Origin: a virus
Lineage: Duplodnaviria; Caudoviricetes
Direction: 5' to 3' (one strand)
Length of the DNA: 41,726 nucleotides
IMG/VR virus record: IMGVR_UViG_3300012942_000020
Coordinates: 1 to 41,726 of that record
Shown: positions 8,485 to 17,566 of the stretch, one piece after another
Layout of the letters: every line of letters starts with the position of its first letter
How positions within the stretch are numbered: position 1 is the stretch's first letter
The notes under the pieces: model-generated
What the model saw: only the letters and a program-made list of their open reading frames with translations
Databases searched by the model: none
What the model was told of the DNA's origin: nothing
Position numbers and translations under genes: made by a program

Positions 8485-8787
8485 ATGTCAAAAAGAAAGA
8501 ATACTGTTATGTCTGATACTGATACGACTGTTACCGAAACCAAGAAGCGTAAGTCGTTTGTGCGTGGTCCTCAAAAGGTCTTCGCTATGACTAAGATTAC
8601 TCTTGCTGATGGTACTCAACTTGATCCTAAGAATATGCAAGGTATCACTGTTGAAGTTTCGCTTTCTAAGGATAAGGATGGCGTTATTGCTGCTCTTATG
8701 AATGGTGATAAGCTGCTTGTTCAAGAACTTGAAGTTCCTAAGGCTGCGGCTGCTGATGATACTAATGAAACTGAAGATGCTGAATAA
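8485..8787 (+). CDS. Hypothetical protein with basic N-terminus and acidic tail
   Basis: Strongly biased codon use (cgt, ctt, aag) suggests high expression. Confidence 0.75.
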   Translation: MSKRKNTVMSDTDTTVTETKKRKSFVRGPQKVFAMTKITLADGTQLDPKNMQGITVEVSLSKDKDGVIAALMNGDKLLVQELEVPKAAAADDTNETEDAE

Positions 8788-8820
8788 GCTAATAAGTTAT
8801 ACTAGTATCTAAGCATGGTG

Positions 8821-8855
8821 AGGGGAGTAAGTTTTGTGGTAGTTCTTACTCCCCT
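8821..8855 (+). terminator. Hairpin, likely terminator or processing stem
   Basis: aggggagtaag / cttactcccct; weak U tail. Confidence 0.55.
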
Positions 8856-8881
8856 CTATGTTTATTTAAAGGAGAATAACA

Positions 8882-8947
8882 ATGACTAAGGTATATTTAA
8901 CTAAGGATATGTATGTCTTAATCCCTGTTGATCAAGATGTTGAATAA
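8882..8947 (+). CDS. 21-aa peptide MTKVYLTKDMYVLIPVDQDVE
   Basis: Strong AAGGAG RBS; TAATG overlap with the next gene. Confidence 0.55.
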   Translation: MTKVYLTKDMYVLIPVDQDVE

Positions 8948-9174
8948 TGAAACAGCCATACAAGATCAGGGGTAAAGCAATAGCACTTAGATGTGTTAAA
9001 GAAGATAAAAAGGGATACCTTCAAGTAGATAAAATCTATTTAGGTGTCCCTTTTTTGTACTTTAATGGGATTTTTAATATCTTCGATAAGTATAAACAAT
9101 ATATAATTTATGCTCCTGCATCTTATTTTGAGCCAGTCAATCCTTTAAATAAATATGATCCAAGATTTTATTAA
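8947..9174 (+). CDS. Hypothetical small beta-rich protein
   Basis: LRCVK...LQVDKIY...YFEPV pattern resembles modules of 38122-39021. Confidence 0.6.
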   Translation: MKQPYKIRGKAIALRCVKEDKKGYLQVDKIYLGVPFLYFNGIFNIFDKYKQYIIYAPASYFEPVNPLNKYDPRFY

Positions 9175-9189
9175 ATAGAAAGCATTAAA

Positions 9190-10509
9190 ATGAATGAAGA
9201 TGAAATTGAGTATGATGAACGACAGCTAGCTGCTATTAATGAATGTTGTGATCAGACTAAAAGAATTGTTACTGTGTCTGGTAGTGCTGGCACTGGTAAG
9301 ACAACAATTCTAAAGAAAGTTTATCAACGTCTTGTTGATGCAGGATTTACTGTTGCTTTAACATCACCTACTGGTAAAGCTGCTAAGAGAATTTATGAAG
9401 TCACAGGCATCCCTGCTATGACTAATCATAGAATACTTGAATATACGCATCCCGGTGAAACTGATCCTGTTACAGGTAAACCATTTGGTGTTGCTTATCC
9501 TAGAAGGCATAGAGAAAATCCATTAGAATATGACTTCATCTTAGCTGATGAATATGCAATGGTTAATAAAGAAATTCATAGAAATCTATTAGATGCTATG
9601 AAAACAGGATCATGCATTAGATATTTTGGTGATGAGAGACAATTAGAACCTATCGAAGATGATGCATGGAAAGATCGAGATAGAACTAAAGAACCATCAC
9701 AATTTCTTAAATGTCTTAATGAACCTAGACTTACATCAGTTAAGTTAAATAAAGTATTTAGACAAGCAGAAGGTTCTGGATTGCTTGATAATCTTTATTT
9801 AATTCTTAGACAATCATTACCTAGAAATAATGATCAATGGTTTAATAAATTTACTGATAAGCCTATTGATGCTTTGCAAGAATTTATCTTTGAGCATTTT
9901 GATGATATTAAGTTTAATGAAACTAATAATCAGATTATTGTTCCTGGTAATAATAAATGGGTAGGTACTAGAAAGCTTAACTTTATTCTTCAAGCAATTT
10001 ACTTTGATCCTCATGATGATACTGATGAGAATACAATCACTATCCCAAGACATAATTGGGATATTGGTATGTATGATACTAAAGGTGAAGCAGGAGGTTA
10101 TATCAAACTACATGTTGGCGATAAGGTTATCTTTAAAGCTAACAATTTAGACTTATCAGTCTTTAATGGTGAAACTGGTATTGTTAAAGAATTTGATAAT
10201 GAGTATGGTGAAGTAGTCATTGATTTTGGTGATAGAGAACAAGCTATTCCTATCCTCATGATTAAGACTAATCAATATGGTAAACAAGTTGAATATGATC
10301 CTAGAAAAGATATTGATCTAGCATATGCTATTACTACACATAAAAGTCAAGGATCACAATATGATCATGTTATTTATATCATGAATAAATGTGATGCTTT
10401 CTTATTGAATAATAGAAACATGTACACAGCATGTTCTCGCGCTCAGAAATATGTGTATGTAATTAGTGATCAAATTAGCTTTAGTAGAACTATTCATAAT
10501 AGAGGATAA
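9190..10509 (+). CDS. RecD/Dda-like SF1B helicase
   Basis: GSAGTGKTT, PTGKAA, DEYAMV, GDERQL, FRQ, AYAITTHKSQGSQY, YTACSRA. Confidence 0.92.
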   Translation: MNEDEIEYDERQLAAINECCDQTKRIVTVSGSAGTGKTTILKKVYQRLVDAGFTVALTSPTGKAAKRIYEVTGIPAMTNHRILEYTHPGETDPVTGKPFGVAYPRRHRENPLEYDFILADEYAMVNKEIHRNLLDAMKTGSCIRYFGDERQLEPIEDDAWKDRDRTKEPSQFLKCLNEPRLTSVKLNKVFRQAEGSGLLDNLYLILRQSLPRNNDQWFNKFTDKPIDALQEFIFEHFDDIKFNETNNQIIVPGNNKWVGTRKLNFILQAIYFDPHDDTDENTITIPRHNWDIGMYDTKGEAGGYIKLHVGDKVIFKANNLDLSVFNGETGIVKEFDNEYGEVVIDFGDREQAIPILMIKTNQYGKQVEYDPRKDIDLAYAITTHKSQGSQYDHVIYIMNKCDAFLLNNRNMYTACSRAQKYVYVISDQISFSRTIHNRG

Positions 10510-10513
10510 TGAT

Positions 10514-10903
10514 ATGGTATATGATGTAAAGAATTTTATTAAAGATGCTATTAAGACTGAGAGTAATAAATATCCATTAGATAATGAATATGAGTCTTAT
10601 ACAACACAAGATAATCGATTACTTCATGCAGCTATGGGATTATCTACAGAAGCTAGTGAATTTCTTGATCCTATTAAAAAGTATCTATTCTATGGTAAGC
10701 CATTAGATATAACTAATCTCAAAGAAGAATTAGGTGATATGCTATGGTATATGGCTATTGCTATGGATGCTTTAGGTACTAATTTTGAAATAGAAATGGC
10801 TAGAGTTATCTTTAAATTAAAGACTAGGTATCCTGATAAGTTTGATAGTGATAAAGCTATTAATAGAAACTTAGATGCTGAAAGAAAGGCTTTAGAAGAA
10901 TGA
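10514..10903 (+). CDS. MazG-like nucleotide pyrophosphohydrolase
   Basis: GLSTEASE...EELGDMLWY...KLKTRYP; ATG 10514 follows GAGGA. Confidence 0.88.
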   Translation: MVYDVKNFIKDAIKTESNKYPLDNEYESYTTQDNRLLHAAMGLSTEASEFLDPIKKYLFYGKPLDITNLKEELGDMLWYMAIAMDALGTNFEIEMARVIFKLKTRYPDKFDSDKAINRNLDAERKALEE

Positions 10904-11094
10904 CTTTAAATTGGCAAGATATAGCTAGAACTGAAAATCTTTTAGAAGATATTGCAATATCACTCAAACGAATTGCTGATAGTTTAGAAAAATCATATGA
11001 ATTAACTAAACAATCTATGCCTCAACCAGATGCTAATCTTGATGCTATGGTAGCTGCTCATGAGCCTAAATATCCTACACAAGGACAAACCTAA
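10900..11094 (+). CDS. Hypothetical protein
   Basis: ATGA-coupled; IAISLKRIADSLE motif common in small phage proteins. Confidence 0.65.
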   Translation: MTLNWQDIARTENLLEDIAISLKRIADSLEKSYELTKQSMPQPDANLDAMVAAHEPKYPTQGQT

Positions 11095-13657
11095 AATGAC
11101 TGAACAAACTTCCTCAAACATTTCTGAGTTAAATAGACACATCATTAATTGGGGAAGGCATAATAACTTAGCAATTGATTGTCCTGTTTCAGGTAACTTT
11201 AACTCTGAAATAGCTTTAATTGGTAATCATGTTCATGAAGGTGAGATGCTTCAACAAATTCCTTTTGTTAGAGGCTATGGTGAGACTTTATGGAATGCTT
11301 TGCGAATTGAAAAGATTATCAGATCAGAAACTTATCAAACAATTGCTATTAAGAAATTAAAGAAAGCAATTGATCCTAAGGATGATGTTAAAGCTTCTAA
11401 AGAAGAAATAGATCATTATGGCGCATTACTTAGATGGGAGTTATCACAGCTCCCTAATCTAAAGTATGTAGTAATCTTAGGATCATTTGCCCTTAAATGC
11501 TTTCTTGACTTACCTGATGTAATGAAATGTCAAGGATCAGTATATGATTATGAACTTAATTCAAAGAATGGTCCTAGACCTGTTAAGCTTATAGTCTGTA
11601 TTGATCCTGATATGGTATTAAAGAATACTAAATTCAGAGATACATTAGCTCATAACTTTGAGAAGCTTACTAGAGTTATCAAAGGCCAGTTTAATGAACC
11701 TCATGTTTATACATATTATAATCAACCTATGCCTTTTGTAATTAATTACATTAGACAATTGATGAGAGATAAGCTTCCTACTGCATTAGATATTGAAGTA
11801 CTTAATAATGAGACTGCTTGTATAGGTCTTGCTAATAAAGTAGATGAAGCTTTATGTATAAATTTTAGAGACGAATTTGGTAATCGTTATACAGTAGAAG
11901 AAGAATTACAAATCAGAGCTTTATTACAGCACTGGTTTAATCGTAAGGATGAATTTAAGCCTAAACTTGTTATGCAAAATGGTATGTTCGACTCATATTA
12001 TTTAGGATATAAAGATAGACTTAGACTTCCTCCTAGTTACTTTGATACTATGCTTGCTAGTCATACCTTAGCATCAACATTGCCTCATGGCTTAGATTAT
12101 CTAGTCTCTAGATATACAGACATGAGTTATTATAAAGATCAAGGTAAGTCATGGCGAGATATTAAAGACTATCCTCAGTTCTGGAAATATAATGGTAAAG
12201 ATTGCTGTGGCACATTAGCTGTTCATTATAAACAAATACCAGAGCTAGAAGCTATTCAGTTACCTGAGCATTTAGATAAACTTTATGGCTTTAAGACAAT
12301 GCTTGACTTCTTTAAAGGTCATGTAATGAGATTACAACCTCATCTTATTAGAATGACTGTAGGAGGAATCAAAGCTGATGTTGATAAAAAAGATCAATTA
12401 GCTTTAGATATTCAAGCTGATATTGATAAGCTTTATCTGCAATTCTATGCTTATGTAGCAGAGCTTACAGGTGATGCTGAATATAAACCTAATCCTAATT
12501 CTTCTCAACAATTAGCTGAGTTGTTCTTTAATAAGCTTAGATTAGTTGGCAGGGGTATGGCAACTGATGCAGTTAACAGAACTCGAATGATTAATCATCC
12601 TAAGACACCAGAGAAAGCAAGACAAATGCTTTTGTGTCTTAATAAGATTAAAGAAGAAAGTAAATTCTTATCAACTTATGTTAAAATGAAAGTTGATGAA
12701 GATGGTAGAATTAGGTGTGAGTATAAACAAACAGGAGTGCAATCTGCTCCTGGCCGATTATCATCAACTTCAACTATGTGGGAGTCAGGAGCTAATTTAC
12801 AAAATCAGCCAGAGCGTGCTCAAGAACTATTTATCATAGATGAAGGTTATGAAGCATCTTACTTCGATCTATCTCAAGCAGAAGCTAGAGTTGTTGGTTG
12901 GCGATTTGCTATTAAGAAATGGATTGAAGACTTTGAAAGAGCTAGATTAGAAGGAGGCTTTGATGCTCATAGAAGCTTGGCTGCTGATATGTGGCATATT
13001 CCTTATGATGAAGTTCCTACAGAAGATCGTGACGATGATGGTAAACCTACTATAAGATATAAAGCTAAGCGATCACGACACGGCTTTAATTATACAATGG
13101 AAGGACCAAAGCTTGCTGAAATTATGGGAATATCTGTTGATGAAGGTATTACACTACATCAAATTTATCATAGGACAAATCCTGAGTTGCAAATAGGCTG
13201 GCAATGGTCTTATGGTCAAATAGCTAGAACTAATAAGATGTTTAATGCTTATGGCAGACAATATCTTAACTTAGGCAGACTTGATCCTAAAGATTTAGGT
13301 CAAATTGTTGCATTCTATTTTCAATCAACAATTGGTGATAAAGTTGCTAGGTGCATCTATCTTTGTGAAGATGATCCTGAATGGCCTAAAGATGCTAGAA
13401 TGTTATTAAACATTCATGATGCTTTGATCGCTATTAACAGAGTTGAAGATGGTGAATTAGTTAGACGCATTATGAAGAAACATGCAGAAGAAACAATCTA
13501 TATTGATTGTATTGATAATAAGATTAGAGAACTTATTATTCCTGCTGACTTTAAGAAATCAGTACCTTATAAGATGATTAAGCAAGGTGATGAAAAGATT
13601 AAAGTTCCTGATGTTCATAGATGGTCTAATCTTGAAAAGGTTAAGTTTGTATCATGA
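11060..13657 (+). CDS. polA: Family A DNA polymerase with N-terminal UDG-like domain and 3'-5' exonuclease (start may be ~11096)
   Basis: UDG-like SGNFNSEIALIG...PFV; exonuclease DIE, NGMFD, YNGKD; GRLSS, NLQN, motif A DLSQAEAR, motif B KRSRHGFNY, motif C IHDA. Confidence 0.93.
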   Translation: MSLNILHKDKPKMTEQTSSNISELNRHIINWGRHNNLAIDCPVSGNFNSEIALIGNHVHEGEMLQQIPFVRGYGETLWNALRIEKIIRSETYQTIAIKKLKKAIDPKDDVKASKEEIDHYGALLRWELSQLPNLKYVVILGSFALKCFLDLPDVMKCQGSVYDYELNSKNGPRPVKLIVCIDPDMVLKNTKFRDTLAHNFEKLTRVIKGQFNEPHVYTYYNQPMPFVINYIRQLMRDKLPTALDIEVLNNETACIGLANKVDEALCINFRDEFGNRYTVEEELQIRALLQHWFNRKDEFKPKLVMQNGMFDSYYLGYKDRLRLPPSYFDTMLASHTLASTLPHGLDYLVSRYTDMSYYKDQGKSWRDIKDYPQFWKYNGKDCCGTLAVHYKQIPELEAIQLPEHLDKLYGFKTMLDFFKGHVMRLQPHLIRMTVGGIKADVDKKDQLALDIQADIDKLYLQFYAYVAELTGDAEYKPNPNSSQQLAELFFNKLRLVGRGMATDAVNRTRMINHPKTPEKARQMLLCLNKIKEESKFLSTYVKMKVDEDGRIRCEYKQTGVQSAPGRLSSTSTMWESGANLQNQPERAQELFIIDEGYEASYFDLSQAEARVVGWRFAIKKWIEDFERARLEGGFDAHRSLAADMWHIPYDEVPTEDRDDDGKPTIRYKAKRSRHGFNYTMEGPKLAEIMGISVDEGITLHQIYHRTNPELQIGWQWSYGQIARTNKMFNAYGRQYLNLGRLDPKDLGQIVAFYFQSTIGDKVARCIYLCEDDPEWPKDARMLLNIHDALIAINRVEDGELVRRIMKKHAEETIYIDCIDNKIRELIIPADFKKSVPYKMIKQGDEKIKVPDVHRWSNLEKVKFVS

Positions 13658-13878
13658 AAAGTTATATAGAGAATTTAAAATGGTCTGTTACTGAGTTTTT
13701 TAAATCAGGAGATTTAGTATTTACAATTAGTAATTCACCAAATCAATCACAAGCTGTTAAGTATGCTAAAACTACAATTGATAAATTTAATTTAAATGTA
13801 GATACTTTTGTCACAACATTTTATAATCGTAAAGGGCATACATTTATTATTTCCCATAAGGATATTCAAAATGCCTGA
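13654..13878 (+). CDS. Hypothetical protein
   Basis: ATGA-coupled ORF. Confidence 0.65.
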   Translation: MKSYIENLKWSVTEFFKSGDLVFTISNSPNQSQAVKYAKTTIDKFNLNVDTFVTTFYNRKGHTFIISHKDIQNA

Positions 13879-14104
13879 TTATAAACCTGCTGTTATAAAA
13901 ATTCAATTAGTAGAATTTAAAGGTACTTTAATTAGTAAAACAAATGATGATGTTTGTTTTGAAGTTGAGATAGAAGGAAATAAATTTAGAGAATTCTTTC
14001 CTTTATCTAAAGCTTGGCTTAATAACGATAATCCTAATGTTATTCATGTTCATAAAGACTTAGCTATTAAGAAAGGTTTATTAGGATATGAAAAGAAATC
14101 TTAA
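13808..14104 (+). CDS. Hypothetical protein (probable start ATG 13871)
   Basis: AAGGA RBS before MPDYK; FFPLSK...LAIKKGL pattern seen in small phage proteins. Confidence 0.65.
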   Translation: MSQHFIIVKGIHLLFPIRIFKMPDYKPAVIKIQLVEFKGTLISKTNDDVCFEVEIEGNKFREFFPLSKAWLNNDNPNVIHVHKDLAIKKGLLGYEKKS

Positions 14105-14216
14105 ATATATTCTAAAGAATGGTGTTAGTAAAATTTCTATGACTATTCAAGTTACTAACTTAGTTGAATTCAGAAAACGTGAATTAAAACAACAATTATT
14201 AAATTTAAAAAAGTAA
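14088..14216 (+). CDS. 42-aa basic hypothetical protein (not in ORF track)
   Basis: MKRNLKY...LNLKK; fills the gap to the terminator. Confidence 0.4.
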   Translation: MKRNLKYILKNGVSKISMTIQVTNLVEFRKRELKQQLLNLKK

Positions 14217-14258
14217 AAAGAAAGCCTCTAGGGTATTAATCCTAGAGGCTTTTAGTTT
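14215..14258. terminator. Bidirectional terminator between the convergent arms
   Basis: aaagcctctagg/cctagaggcttt flanked by A and T runs. Confidence 0.9.
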
Positions 14259-14271
14259 GTCTGATACTTTC

Positions 14272-14457
14272 TTATATATGATATGCTTTAGCCATTCCAT
14301 AAATAGCTATAACAATAAGCATGCCTACAATAACTTTCCAAACATGATCTAAGACTCCTTTACCAACTCCTACTTGAAATCTTTGCATCATGTCATCTAC
14401 AACAAGTTTAGCAATATCTTCTTTATCTTTATCTGATAAATTAACTTCATCACTCAT
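14272..14457 (-). CDS. Small membrane protein in the lysis region
   Basis: Single C-terminal TM; coupled to the holin. Confidence 0.65.
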   Translation of the reverse strand: MSDEVNLSDKDKEDIAKLVVDDMMQRFQVGVGKGVLDHVWKVIVGMLIVIAIYGMAKAYHI

Positions 14458-14873
14458 TTTGTTGCTACCCCTTTAACTTTCTCATAGCTCCTCAGACCTC
14501 CAAGCCCTAGCATACCAAGCAATAAAGTCAAGAGTGTGCTTAAGTCTAACTCAGGCATAGTGATAGGATGACCTAAAAGTGATGCTATCCATGTAAGTAA
14601 AGGCGCACAAATGAACTGATAAAGCAAACCACTACCACATACCCAGCCAATAAAAGGTCGCCAACCAGATACAAATAAGTTTGTATTAGCAGCTTCAACT
14701 TTATTAGTATCAAGTTGGCCTTGCGCTAATGTAGTATCAGCATTTAGTTGAGCAAGTTCCCCAGATTGTTCAAGTTTCATTAACTCAAGTTGTGCTTGAG
14801 CTTTAGCTGTAGGATCAGGAATAACTTTATCAATAATCCTTGACCCTATATCAAATAATGATGTTAAATCCAT
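14454..14873 (-). CDS. Holin, GTA 3TM-holin family
   Basis: IDKVIPDP...EA...FVSGWRPFIGW...LLGMLGLGGLRSYEKVKG. Confidence 0.85.
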   Translation of the reverse strand: MDLTSLFDIGSRIIDKVIPDPTAKAQAQLELMKLEQSGELAQLNADTTLAQGQLDTNKVEAANTNLFVSGWRPFIGWVCGSGLLYQFICAPLLTWIASLLGHPITMPELDLSTLLTLLLGMLGLGGLRSYEKVKGVATK

Positions 14874-14884
14874 AATGATAATTC

Positions 14885-15073
14885 CTATTTACTAATAACT
14901 TTTTTAGTTAAATTAGGCTCATCAATTTTTGTTAGCTTATTAATATTTTCTTTAAGTGATTCTTTCAATAAACTATTTTCATTTTTTAAACTTATAATTT
15001 GTAATGTCATTTGACCAATTTGGTAAACCAGTTCATTATTAATTGCCTGATTTAATTTATTTTCGTCAATCAT
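14885..15073 (-). CDS. Small coiled-coil protein, possible fibre chaperone
   Basis: Directly after the tailspike; heptad pattern. Confidence 0.5.
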   Translation of the reverse strand: MIDENKLNQAINNELVYQIGQMTLQIISLKNENSLLKESLKENINKLTKIDEPNLTKKVISK

Positions 15074-15083
15074 TTTTAGTATC

Positions 15084-16763
15084 CTAAGAAAGCGTTATAT
15101 TAGCAGATCGTACTACACCATCAGAACCTCTTACATTTAACTCTAAATTAGTATTAGATGTAAGTTTAAATGCTAATTGGCTGTTAGCAGTAGGTACAAA
15201 TGTTCCATCAAGAGTTACTACTAAAGGCTTTATAGCAGTAATTTGTGTATCATTCATTTGAAACACAGTTGTATTATTATAAACATAATTTATAAAGCCA
15301 TAAATAGAATCTTCTATATAACATGTGCCAGGATCACCTGCAATTTTAGCAGTACCTGTTGTACGAGAAGATGCTCCTAAATAAATTCTATCAGATGTTT
15401 TAATTGCAATTGCAGCTTTATTTACATCAAATATTGTTTCTGTTGTAGTAAAGCCATATTTAAATAATCCAGACGCCCTAAAAGCAACATCAGCATTTAC
15501 TGTACCTTGCGACTGTGCATTAAAACCAACCCAATAATGCACAGCAGGAGAACCACTACCATCCATAGAAGCATCTGGATTAGTTCTATATAAATTAACA
15601 ACAAAAGGACTTGCAGTAGCTCTAAAACCTCCATCAATTGCATTTTGTTCTATATTGTTAGCATAGTTATTATGTGCACCAATTTGAACTTGTCCACCTA
15701 AAACTACTCCTGCTGGAGAAGCTAAAGGATCAGTAGCACCTGCATGAGTACCAGCAACAAATACAGCTGCATAATTAGCATAAGCATCACCATTACCATA
15801 ATGCTTAACATTCATATAATTAAACGCTACACCTGTTCTTCCTTCATTTGTATTACTACTTTCATTATGTCCTGATGTTGAATCAACATACAAAACATTA
15901 TATCTACCTGATGATTCTGGAATAAATTTGTAACCAGTTACAGGTTGACCTAGTGTTAAAGACCCTTGAACAAAATGTCCAGAAGGTCTACAGAAATTAA
16001 TGTTTCCGTTAAATGCTGTTGAAATACTATCAGGATTACCTTCAACGGGAGCAGAGTTAATATTTGTAAAATCAGGTGCTATTAAATTTCCATCACTTGT
16101 CTTTATTTGTCCATAACCACTAAAAGCACCTAATAAGCTTGATATTGTATATGTACTATTATAAATCCCTTCTGGAACATATTTGCGATTATTACTTAAA
16201 AAGAATCCTATTGCTGTTGTATCATCAGTTATACCGTCACCAACAGCACCAAAATCTTTTAATGTTTTAATATCTTGTAATCTAATTTTAATTGATCTTA
16301 CAGCATACCCAGTATCATCTTCATTATAATTTGCAAATTGGCTTTGAGCAGTAATTATTCCAGGTAAAGTATCTGAAATAAAACTTGCTAATCTAATATT
16401 AACAAATGCTGTAGAAGCAATAGTATTATCATTTGCAGTTGCAGGTTGCGTTTTAATATAATTAGGGTGTTGATGATCTGATCTAGCAGTTCTTGTAGCT
16501 GAGCCGATGTGAGCAATATCATCACTAATAGCTAATGGGTCAGAATTACTGCATTGATTTATTACAAACTCTTGTGTAGCAATTCTTGGAGAAGCATCAT
16601 CAACAGTACCAGTAGGAGCTGTAGGTGATCCAGTAAATGCAGGGCTATTTAAGCTAATAATAGAATTATTCAGAATATCCATAATATACTGAAAATTCTG
16701 ATCAACTAAAGCACTTAGAATTTTAGTCCCAGGACTAAATATATTAGGAACATTCCATGACAT
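15084..16763 (-). CDS. Tailspike / receptor-binding protein 2
   Basis: SPAFTGSPTAPT...IATQEFV fibre repeat; KDFGAVGDGITDDT beta-helix entry motif. Confidence 0.8.
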   Translation of the reverse strand: MSWNVPNIFSPGTKILSALVDQNFQYIMDILNNSIISLNSPAFTGSPTAPTGTVDDASPRIATQEFVINQCSNSDPLAISDDIAHIGSATRTARSDHQHPNYIKTQPATANDNTIASTAFVNIRLASFISDTLPGIITAQSQFANYNEDDTGYAVRSIKIRLQDIKTLKDFGAVGDGITDDTTAIGFFLSNNRKYVPEGIYNSTYTISSLLGAFSGYGQIKTSDGNLIAPDFTNINSAPVEGNPDSISTAFNGNINFCRPSGHFVQGSLTLGQPVTGYKFIPESSGRYNVLYVDSTSGHNESSNTNEGRTGVAFNYMNVKHYGNGDAYANYAAVFVAGTHAGATDPLASPAGVVLGGQVQIGAHNNYANNIEQNAIDGGFRATASPFVVNLYRTNPDASMDGSGSPAVHYWVGFNAQSQGTVNADVAFRASGLFKYGFTTTETIFDVNKAAIAIKTSDRIYLGASSRTTGTAKIAGDPGTCYIEDSIYGFINYVYNNTTVFQMNDTQITAIKPLVVTLDGTFVPTANSQLAFKLTSNTNLELNVRGSDGVVRSANITLS

Positions 16764-16776
16764 TTGATATTACCTA

Positions 16777-17268
16777 TTAAGAAAAGTATTGAGCGCGCTC
16801 AGACATTCTTCGTTTAACTAATCCATCAAGCTTTTTACCATCTTGATAAACCCATCTAACGAATTGATTGCCTGCATTAGCATATTGGCCTTGATGCAAT
16901 AATTTATTCATTGTACTATTAACAAAGTTAGTTTTACCTATATTATAAACAAAGCTAACTAAAGCATCAAATTGATTTTGAGTTAATGAACAGTGAAGCA
17001 TCTGAGGATTTAAGAAATCAACATAATGTTGAACAACATCTTTAAATAATTGATCAGCTTGTTTCTGAATAATCTTATCTCCTTGCTTTACTGGTTTACC
17101 ATCAGCATAGAATGTATTACCATAAGCAATAGTATATTTATTTCGCTTTGCTTCATTAGGTGTTGCTGCATAGGCTTCTAGATTACAAATAGGATTACCA
17201 TTTTTATCATGTAAACATTCACGAAGTTTAATTTGCAATAAACCATTATCTGAGATTTGATAAGTCAT
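16777..17268 (-). CDS. Endolysin, GH24 phage lysozyme
   Basis: E...AY...YTIAYGNT, LTQNQFDALVSFVYNIG, GLVKRRMSE. Confidence 0.92.
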   Translation of the reverse strand: MTYQISDNGLLQIKLRECLHDKNGNPICNLEAYAATPNEAKRNKYTIAYGNTFYADGKPVKQGDKIIQKQADQLFKDVVQHYVDFLNPQMLHCSLTQNQFDALVSFVYNIGKTNFVNSTMNKLLHQGQYANAGNQFVRWVYQDGKKLDGLVKRRMSERAQYFS

Positions 17269-17279
17269 TAAATAATCCT

Positions 17280-17555
17280 TTAAGAAGCTATAGTAATAAT
17301 AGTATCTTTAGGTAATTGTAAAGTAATTACTTGACCTGATGCTAATGATAATACATTACTATTACCAAATGTTAATGTATGAGCAGCACCTATTGCTGAG
17401 ATAATTACAGATGTTTTATTCATACTATTTTTACATGTATATGTATCAGATGCTGCTAATCCTACAGCACTGCCAATAGGAATGCCTGAAAGAATTGGCA
17501 GTGAATTACCTTCTTGCATAGCAAAATTAGGAAATTCTGTTACATTAATAGTCAT
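17280..17555 (-). CDS. Small beta-rich protein, possibly virion-associated
   Basis: AAGGA RBS; in the late operon. Confidence 0.65.
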   Translation of the reverse strand: MTINVTEFPNFAMQEGNSLPILSGIPIGSAVGLAASDTYTCKNSMNKTSVIISAIGAAHTLTFGNSNVLSLASGQVITLQLPKDTIITIAS

Positions 17556-17566
17556 TGCTTTATTCC

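Noticed and set aside
1171-10053. ORFs 1171-1488, 7978-8178, 8067-8378, 8488-8724 and 9817-10053
   Set aside because: Alternate-frame or antisense overlaps of well-supported genes.
10514-13657. Z-genome or hypermodified-base system (MazG plus unusual PolA)
   Set aside because: No PurZ, DatZ, hydroxymethylase, kinase or glycosyltransferase is recognisable, and ThyX implies normal dTMP.
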